Positions 9,285 to 16,761 of a DNA stretch of 16,761 nt are shown here, one piece after another. The DNA is from Octopus sinensis. Taxonomy: Eukaryota. A program made the translations under genes and the position numbers. Below the pieces are notes generated by a model. It searched no databases and was not told where the DNA came from. It was given only the letters and a program-made list of their open reading frames with translations. The stretch spans positions 1 through 16,761 of the forward strand of contig NW_021825086.1 in NCBI RefSeq assembly GCF_006345805.1, read 5' to 3'. How positions within the stretch are numbered: position 1 is the stretch's first letter; each line of letters begins with the position of its first letter.

Positions 9285-9482
9285 ATGTTGGATTGCCTCA
9301 TGCTTATAGGCGTACCTGCTGATGAAGACTTCGCCTAGCAAATGATTTTATTTGCTAAAAAAATGTCTGAATCCGTCGTCTAGGAGATAGAGGTAAATGT
9401 TTCATAATTTTCATTCCCTTCGATGATTATCCCAAATAGCGGTTTGGATTTTAGCTGTTCCTTCTGGCGTGCAGGAAATCCT
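9285..9482. repeat. 198-bp segment, copy C, inverted relative to A/B and inserted in the Tx1-like ORF2
   Basis: Reverse complement of 6806-7003 with one mismatch. ORF2-like coding sequence is present on both sides. Confidence 0.93.
9315..9384 (+). ncRNA. Candidate type I hammerhead-ribozyme-like fold (degenerate); also on the minus strand at 6904-6973 and 7897-7966
   Basis: CCTG-CTGATGA-AGAC-[insert with TAGCAAAT/ATTTGCTA hairpin]-GTCT-GAAT-CCGTC-GTC-TAGG. The core CUGAUGA is intact, stem II is 4 bp, stem I is 4 bp with one G-U, and the GUC triplet is present. The core GAAA reads GAAT. Confidence 0.4.
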
Positions 9483-10977
9483 GCTGTTTAACCGACTCGT
9501 CCCACACGTGACAGCAGTTGTTCGACATAAGCCCACAGTTCGGAAATGTTTGGACACTGCACGAGTGCGTGCAGAACGGTTTCGTCACTCTGACCGCATC
9601 TCGGGCAGGTCGGCCCCGTGTCCCTCGAGCCGTGTCTGTAGAGCTTATCCCGAAGGAGTAGCGCTTCTCGGTAGCACTGCCAGGCCAAGGATCTCTGGAC
9701 GTTGTCAATGGGCCCTGGCCCGAAAGTCGTCCTGAACATGCGGGTCAGGTATTCCTCGTCGATGTCCAGGCTCGCCCCGAGCTCGTCGTCGTACCTCCCC
9801 TCCACTAATCCCCTATAGAATGCTTTGGTTGTGTTGATGTCACTCATGGTCGACCCAGGACGGCAGAGTTGCTTGAGAGCAACACGACACTCGCGGTGCC
9901 ATTCGCACTTTCTCGGTCTCTTTTTGATCCACGACTGCAGTTCGGTCATGGAGATGAGTTGCGGGAAAGCGTGCCTCACAAACGGCGACCGCACTTGTTC
10001 ACCGTCGTCTACGTAGAGCCTGAGATGTCGCAGCATCAAAAAAGCATGGCCAGTCCTCCCCTTTAACGGGTGTTGACAGCAAATGGATCGCCTAACCATC
10101 GGGACGCATCATTTCCACAAGCCGCGAAAGAGAATGCGTTCTAGTTTGGTGATGGTTGGGTCGGGACAAGGCACGACGGTCAGGCGGTAGTAGATGACGT
10201 ACGCAATGTACGAGTTCGCCACCTCCGCCCGACATTTAGGGACAGTTTCTCTCGGCCCATTGCCGGGCGAGAGTGGCCAACCTGCTCATTATCCATTCCA
10301 CTTCTTCATAGCTGGCAGCTTCCGTAATATTGGCTCGAGAGACAATGCGTTCAGAAGCGACGAAAGGGAGCATCCCTGACGGACATAACGTGCAATATCT
10401 AAAGGTCTCTATAAAAGTCCATTTACGCGAATTACCGTACGGATGCCTGTGTACAAAGCGGCTATCCAGCTGCGGAAGACGGGACCGAATCCTGCCGCTT
10501 TGAGGACAGACTCCAAGTATCGATGGTTTACCCTATCGAAAGCTTTCGATTGATCCAAATTGATCTGCGCCCCACCCGTGCCAGGTTCTTTAACTACCCT
10601 GTCTAGGATGTAGCGCATCAGGTGGCGGTCGTCATGGAATGTCCGGCCCTGCCTTTCTTGTCGAGAGTCGTGGTAGGCTGTGTAGGTAGACACAGAAGTC
10701 CCCCGTACGTCCTTGCCCGCCACTCGTACCGAAAAGTCGGGCAAAATGCTGTTTGAAGGCCTCACACATTTTACTTGGCTCGAGCAATTCACGCCCCTGT
10801 TCATCTACCAGAGACTGAATGATGACTTTGTTGCCCTGTTGCGCCTCTGCCACCCGGGCTTCTCTCGCGGCTCTAACACATTCGTTTCTCAGAGCACGCA
10901 TCTTAGCTCTGACAACACACCCTTCGTGTTTGACGTTGAAGTGTTGGTCGAGGGCCAACCTCGCCGCTGAAACGTCG

Positions 10978-10997
10978 GATAGATAGATAGATAGATA
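10978..10997. repeat. (GATA)5 array abutting the 5'-truncated end of the Tx1-like element
   Basis: Read directly from the sequence. Confidence 0.95.
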
Positions 10998-11081
10998 ATT
11001 TAGATAGAGCGAGAGAGACAAATAGAAACATACAAACATACATACTTATATATACATACATATTTAGATAAAAAGAATAAT

Positions 11082-11159
11082 TTAAAAAATCGGTATGCCA
11101 ATCACGTAGCCTCCTTCCGACATAAGGACACAAGCAAAGCTACTAAGTTCGCTACCTAT
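11082..11159 (+). mobile_element. Short Penelope-like GIY-YIG C-terminal fragment (second PLE lineage)
   Basis: Reads LKNRYANHVASFRHKDTSKATKFATY, matching the PLE endonuclease pattern FK.RY.NH..SFR....T.L..Y. T-rich UTR-like sequence follows. Confidence 0.55.
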
Positions 11160-11463
11160 TCTTTATTAACATTTTGCTATCTTTCCATCCCTTTAATTTA
11201 AGACCTAAGAAGGATTACACTTTCACCTTTTCTACTTTTTAATTTTTAGATTTTTGTGTTTTCATTTTCTCTTGTTTTAACTTTCTACATTTTCTATATG
11301 CTATATTCTCAGTTTTCTCAAGTTTCTTCTCTTATTCATTTTTCTTTAGTTCGTAACGATATGTTGTTTGTGCCGGGTGTATATGTTTGAGATATCCCTC
11401 AACGTATGAAACTGAACTTAAAGTCATGTACTGTGTCCATTAAATTAATAAATAGTATATATA

Positions 11464-11726
11464 TTGTTGTCTGTTCATTCTCGAGCCATGCCTGGCTCTT
11501 AAGGGACGGAACGCTGGACCTTTGCCGGTGAGCTGCGCGAATCAGGAGGAAAGAGTGAGAGAATGTGATGGAGAAAGAGTCAGCACGGGATCACCATTAC
11601 CTTACGCCGGAGCCGCGTGGAGCTGTGGTGTTCCGCTCATAAACAAACATCGCATAATCTGAGATTCGAAACCGCGATCCCTCGAGCGCGAGTGTGCTGC
11701 TCTAAACACTAGAACTTCTGCCTCTA
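11464..11726 (-). mobile_element. tRNA-derived SINE, older copy with the same head and core as 7272-7560 but a different 3' tail
   Basis: Minus strand: TAGAGGCAGAAGTTCTAGTGTTTAGAGCAGCACACTCGCGCTCGAGGGATCGCGGTTTCGAATCTCAG...ATGAGCGGAACACC...CTCCACGCGGCTCCGGC...GGTGATCCC...ACTCTTTC. It aligns with copy 1 to about 11540, then has the tail ...AAGAGCCAGGCATGGCTCGAGAATGAACAGACAACAA. Confidence 0.8.
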
Positions 11727-12302
11727 TATATATATGCTCATGTGCATCCATATATATATATTGCTCGTGTTTTCCGTGTTGAAGTTAAGCCCACCTCTGA
11801 CCTTGTATTGAAATCTTCTACATTCCCTCTACCAACTGTTACCAATTAAGGTGTTATATCTGATTCGGCAGGGATTTTATCCGCTTAACGCTTTGGACAT
11901 ACTCCTACATACTGGACCGTCTGAAATCGCAGTGAAACGTTTGGGTGTACTTCGACACATTGAGAGTGATGTCTGTTTATTTGTCTCCCCTTAATGTCAC
12001 TCTCCGTACAAAATTAATCCGTGTTTCCAGTCTCAGAAAAATCTAAAGAAAAGTGGTAAGGTTATGTCATAAAATAGAATCCATTTGACCATTTACATGA
12101 AAATATTCCATTGACATTTTTATCTCAATACGTTATATAAATAACCGACGTTTTATATATTATAAATTTACACACTGTTCAATTTTCTTTAAAATCAGTT
12201 CGTTATTTTATTGTGAATGATTTTGACGATTTCTGCCTTTCATCATTTTAATTTTAATGCTACTACATGACTCAGGCCTTAAACTTTATCTAAAAGTCAA
12301 AG

Positions 12303-12836
12303 TTCATTAAAATCGAATGAATTGTGTAAAAGTTACAGCCTAAAATACTAATCCTATGGGTGATTGCATACAAAAGGCCTATAGATTTTTTGAAAATCAG
12401 TGATCGATTTTTTGTCAACTCTTCATCTGGTATCAACTAATGGACATGAACTGTAATCACGTGTAAAATTTCTACAAAATCGTTAAGAATGTCTGTAAGG
12501 AAATGCCTATGTACCTTTATGCCCTTTTCAAGCTCTTTTGAATTAAATAAATACCTTTTACCGTATCCACCACCAAACATTAATCTAAAATTCATATTTC
12601 ATTAAAATCGGATGAAAAATATGAAATTTACGGCCAAAAATATAACCCTTATGGGTATTTTGACGCAAAACGTCTATTGATTCTATAAAACCACTGCTCC
12701 GGCGCAATTACCAATTTTTTTTCTCAACGTCATATACTGAAATCAACTCACTGCCATGAGCCTTGCTCACTCGTCGATTTTCATTAAAATTGGACAAAAA
12801 ATGCAAAAGCTGCTGGGAAAATAACATCGTTATGGG
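12303..12836. repeat. Three diverged ~58-bp blocks (12303-12360, 12598-12655, 12780-12836), probably the interior of a non-autonomous DNA element
   Basis: Each block begins TTCATTAAAAT(C/T)G and ends TATGGG, with the ATGGG starting 52-53 nt after the block start. Confidence 0.7.
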
Positions 12837-13128
12837 AATATGCGAGGTTAATGAACAAAATTTTAAAATGTCGCCATTGATTTCAAATTACGTTTCACAT
12901 TTTTTTGAAAAAATGTGTGGATTATAATGGTGATCACCGATTTCCAAAATTTTTCTGTTAAAACTTTTGTTAATGCGTCGTTCAAAAGCATTGGCCAAAA
13001 TCGTGACCGATTGGGATTGGGGATTTGAAAAAAATGAAAACACATTCAAACAATTTTTAAAGAGCTTCCTGCCATCATTTCCAACGATGAGGTGAAAAAA
13101 AAATTTGAAAATCATCACCAGAACGATT

Positions 13129-13163
13129 GCAGGAATGGCTCTGTGGTAAGTAGCTCGCTTACC
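13129..13163 (+). mobile_element. Isolated 5' head of a tRNA-derived SINE (second family)
   Basis: GCAGGAATGGCTCTGTGGTAAGTAGCTCGCTTACC contains an A-box-like TGGCTCTGTGG and resembles the head of 5996-6141. No B-box follows. Confidence 0.4.
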
Positions 13164-13746
13164 TCATTGAGCATGTGCGAATCAGAGTTGTGTTTGATAC
13201 TGAAGCTGTAAAGACGTGTTTTTGAAGCCGTCTTAAATTGAAGATTTTTGAAACTCAGCTGTAAGGTAAAACTTTTTTGGGGGTCTAGTGGGGGCCTGCT
13301 GTCTGCCACAATTATTGTTTACAAACAAGAAGTCCTCACTGGATTCTAGTCTACCTGTAGCTGAGTGAATATTTTTTCACTTAACTGTGAAAATTATTGT
13401 TTTTGTGGGCGTATCCTGCCGCAAATCTTTGTTTGAGAATCGTGTTTGTCCAGGAATAACTCTGGGAATTTTTAGAAAATATTTCAACAATATTGTTCCT
13501 GTTAAGGAGTTCCTATGAGAAGAAAATTTGAATGATTTGCGTTAAAATTTTGGCCTGGAGTACCGAGTGGCCTTTGCTGTGTTTTGAACTGCTGCTCTCT
13601 CTTCGTCTCTCTTTTATTTAAAAAAAGACTCTTTATTGAACTTTTAATTTTTTCTCCTTTTTTGTTTGGGCTTTTTCTCTTCCTTCTTTTTCCTTAATTA
13701 TTTTGTATTTTATGAAGTGTTTCTTGGACATTGTTATAAAACAAAC

Positions 13747-14993
13747 ATGGCAAAGAACAATGGAAAGTTGGTGGAGTGGGAATTTATACTACCCAAAATA
13801 TGATTAAAAGAACTTGAAAGTAAGACGGTGGTTTTGAGGACCTACTCTAGGATCCTCGACGCCATTGCCGTTTTCAAACAATATAATCGAAAGAGACATG
13901 GCAGAATTTAAGCCAGCTATTAAGTTTATCACTCGGAGGGTCAAATATGCAACCGTGTGGTTGATGTTTGACTCCCCAGAAATGGATTGTGAATTTGCGT
14001 GCCAGCTCCTGGAAGGCAATGAAATTTTATTTCTTCCCACTTATTGTGGGAAGAAGTTGACGAGGGCTTGGGTTTGCGGCTTTCCACCCGGTGCTGAGCC
14101 CGAGTGGATAGGAGATACTATCCGCCGGGGTCTGGGTGGCAGTAGCACCAAGCTCTTCAATGTAAATATTCTGCCTGCGGCTTACTGGGAGGGGTTGAAA
14201 GCTGTTTTGACCCTCTGGACCAAGTCAGCCGAAATTCTGGTATTTCCAGACTTTTTGAGAAACGGTTGGTCCAAGTATCCGGTGATGCTTGAGGAAGCCC
14301 CCCTCCAAGTTTTATCGGTGCCTGGAGCCTGGCCATATAAAAAAGAACTGTCCTCAAGGGCAAAGCAAAATCCTGGAGCGGTTAACGGAGACTTCTGTAG
14401 AAGAAGGAATGCAGGCGGCCGAAGAGACAGAGGATGACTCAAAGAAGAGCCGCAAAAGGAAGAAGGTGAGTAATAATGGGTGCTCACCGAAGGAGTCTGG
14501 GAATGCGGGAGGGGAGGCACATGTTCCGGTCACGGACGAGATGCACCCTCCCCCATTCAAGAAGAAAATAGAGGAAGAAGAGAAACGGGATGTTGCCGAC
14601 AGTTGGAGACATGGAGCCTAATCGGTGGGGGTCGTGCCACTGGCGGGGTGGCGTGGGTAGACACACTTGGTAAGAATTGTTCCGCCAATGGTAGGATTGA
14701 CTACCTCGTAACCGGAGGAGAAAGAACTGCTGTTCTTCTGTTATAGAGGGGGAGTGGTGGAAATGGTGGTGGTAGAACACTACAAGGGAGAACCTTTGGC
14801 CTTCGCACAATAACCCGAATGGCCTCCGCAGATGGCTGTAGAGTTCATAACGTTGCGCATGTTTCATAGACTGGGGGGACTAAAAGAGGAATATCGCTCG
14901 TGGCCGGGTGACGCCAACTCGGAGCATGCTTTGATTTTAAAGCTAGCATGGGCGATGGTGGAGTACACGTACACAAGCGATGAAGAGGATTGA
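13747..14993 (+). pseudogene. L1/Tx1-type ORF1 (gag-like, CCHC zinc knuckle) remnant
   Basis: ATG at 13747, then KELESKTVVLRTY and FLPTYCGKKLTRAWVCGFPP. A degenerate knuckle FYRCLEPGHIKKNC (14310-14351; first Cys TGT>TTT) is followed by a basic/acidic tract KKSRKRKK and a frameshifted C-terminal region ending YTSDEED* (14991-14993). Several frameshifts and stops. Confidence 0.75.
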
Positions 14994-15305
14994 CAAGAGT
15001 TTGAAAATCCCCAGTGTTATAATGTGTAAGAAGTTAAGAGATAAAAAGGGAAGCTAAGAGAAATGGTGGTAGTGGTTGTGGGTGTGGTGGAAGTAAGTAT
15101 TTTAAATCCCCTATCACTTAACGCATGATCAGAAATGCAATTCCATGAAATATTCACACTTATATACATTGTCATATGTTCGGCGTATATATATATTACA
15201 ATTATATATATATATTATAATGAAAGTACCAGGAGTGTAAATGTACAATTGCGAAAGTGTTAACTACACTTCAGAAGAAGGGATTATATAAGGGGTTACA
15301 CTTTT

Positions 15306-16761
15306 TCCACAAGCAATGAAATTGCTGCAACGTGAAAACAGAGACATTCTTGTCTATCCATGGAATACACCTGCAGAGCGAATCGCGTAGACATTGTGCC
15401 ATCTAGTCTCAATGAGTTATCCACTTCTATTCCCTCATGGAATGTCCGGATGGCACTGTGGGATTCTATATGTGGCGAAACGCAGGACATCCGCTCGCAG
15501 ACGACTCACGATGTAATTTAGGGTTGCTGATTGCAGTAACTTGGGGACCATCAGGCCCAGTTGCTCGTAGAGCAGTACAGTGGACTTATGGACTACCTGA
15601 AGAGAGGAGCTTTGAAGAAGTGAGCACTGTAGGAGGTGAAATCTAAGCAAGATTTAAAGATGCGTACATATGACTTGGTCTTTTCCAAACTTATGTGATG
15701 TTGGAACATGCCATACTAAAGGTGCTGCATATCGGATGGCATTTCGGCCGCGTATCACGTTTGTTGTCCTTTGCACCTATTCAAATCCTTCAAATGTTCT
15801 TCGCCTGAGGAACACTCACAAGAATACCATGATGGTAGATTATGCTCAGCGAGGTTTGAATGCATACTCTACACTCTATAAATTCTATGCAAATTGAAAA
15901 TGGCATTAGAGGTCTTAATATTGGCTTGTCTGAACCAGTTCGAGTGTAACGGGTAGGGCATAAACATGACATGAACCACCCCGGCATTGCAACCGTTACC
16001 GATGAACAGAGAGTGATCGCTGATGCAGTCATTGACGACAGTTGATAAGAAAAGGTGAGGTGAGGTGCTGGAATGTTCCTGCTTCTATGCAGAGGTTCCT
16101 GGAGGTTGGGACAAGAATTACATATTTAATACGCTGATCTCACATCTACGAAGGAGAAACTATCAAGTGGTGCGTGCAGAAGCATAGCTTCAACATTGAT
16201 GTCTGGTGGAGGGACGGTGCACAGTTTGCTCAAATTGCCCGTTCCTCTGTTGGAAACTAGCTTTTGCAGTGTACCACCCAGCTCTGACCAGAAATTATTT
16301 GAGAAATTTGTATTTGATCATTATAGATGAGGCTTCCATGATCCCTCTTTATGCATTTCCTGCTAATGACAAAGCTCTGAAAGAAATCACTGGCAACAAT
16401 GAAGGTTTCGGTTGAAAAGTTGTGCTCATTGGTAGAGACTTCAAGCAAGTTCTGCCAATATTGCCAAGAGGAACTCGTGAGGCAGTAATTCAGATCTCCA
16501 TTAAGAACTCTCCTCTCTGGTTACACTTCAGACATTTATATGTTGAGCCAAAATAGAGCAGTAATAGATCGAAGACAATTCGCAACATGGCCACAACACC
16601 TTGATAATTGTTCCGCAGCTCTTATGCAAGATCCAGGTGAGTCAGTGATGTAAACGTGCTATGTGATTCATGCTTTAATGGGTCGCTGATAAATGATGCT
16701 TTTTGGCAATGCCCCTCAAGAACAAAGAACAAGTAGAGTGATCCTCTCACCAAAAGGTTCA
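15306..16761 (+). mobile_element. Helitron RepHel remnant (pre-Rep motifs, Rep-Hel linker, PIF1-family helicase N-terminal half), running off the window
   Basis: Motifs: STSNEIAA (15306-15329), RDILVYP, YPLLFPHGMSGWH (15418-15456), QLLVEQYSGLMDYL (15558-15599), SFEEVSTVGG...FKDA..LGL, TDEQRVIADAV, a degenerate Walker A VPGGWDKN (16095-16118, from GPGGSGKT), GGGTVHSLLKLP, LIIIDEASM (DEASM 16326-16340), FG*KVVLIGRDFKQVLP (16431-16457), KNSPLW and RVILSPK. Many stops and frameshifts. Confidence 0.92.

Larger units (their letters stand above)
8731..10977 (-). mobile_element. L1/Tx1-clade non-LTR retrotransposon, 5'-truncated ORF2 remnant plus ~330-nt 3' UTR, with internal deletions and a 198-bp insertion
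   Basis: Minus-strand motifs: pre-RT region (MCEAFKQHFARLF), LDQSKAFDRV (10558-10529), VRQGC (RQGC 10381-10370), YYRLTVVPCP...RRSICCQHPLKG, the zf-RVT-type C-x2-C-x8-H-x4-C (9607-9554), then after the insertion IVNIVTPP...ECIWWMRMKGLETNTFLSGQFLIN...MARMNDEASLSIIL* (stop 9062-9060). No endonuclease domain and no YADD motif remain. Tx1 rather than L1 proper is inferred from motif style. Confidence 0.9.

Noticed and set aside
9451-10804. Plus-strand ORFs overlapping the Tx1 remnant, and antisense ORFs over ORF1 and the Helitron
   Set aside because: They are shadow frames of GC-richer TE coding sequence with no independent motifs.
11920-11945. CTGAAATCGCAGTGAAACG as a hammerhead remnant
   Set aside because: The CTGANGA core is not intact and no stems are supported.
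12303-12836. CRISPR-like repeat-spacer array
   Set aside because: The repeats are highly diverged, the spacing is irregular (295 and 182 nt), the context is eukaryotic and there are no cas genes.
10977-15128. Minus-strand ORF2 piece and plus-strand ORF1 piece as one twin-primed (5'-inverted) insertion
   Set aside because: The orientation fits, but the pieces are about 2.8 kb apart with other repeats between, the endonuclease region is missing from both, and the ORF2 piece has its own GATA flank. Two independent insertions is simpler.
16092-16560. Host PIF1 helicase gene
   Set aside because: It is intronless, full of stops and frameshifts, and collinear with Helitron-specific upstream motifs (YPLLFP.G..GW, SFE..TV.G).

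Overview
AT-rich, microsatellite-laden eukaryotic intergenic or intronic DNA made almost entirely of decayed transposable elements. No host gene exon, rRNA, genuine tRNA or CRISPR array is recognisable. The repeat landscape resembles a cephalopod (octopus-like) genome, which is inference from recalled repeat families and not a database result. In order along the window: a mariner transposase remnant; a ~240-bp tandem pair; an internally deleted DD37D (maT-like) transposon; a Penelope-like element (RT + GIY-YIG); tRNA-derived SINEs of two families; a ~99% identical ~1-kb tandem duplication bounded by (GATA)n; a minus-strand L1/Tx1-clade ORF2 remnant flanked on both sides by (GATA)n and split by a 198-bp inverted copy of nearby DNA that has a hammerhead-like fold; a plus-strand L1/Tx1-type ORF1 (gag-like) remnant; and a Helitron Rep/PIF1-helicase remnant running off the window end. 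All coding regions are pseudogenised. The best leads are a possible (GATA)n-targeting Tx1 family and the 198-bp hammerhead-like segment that was copied locally into it.
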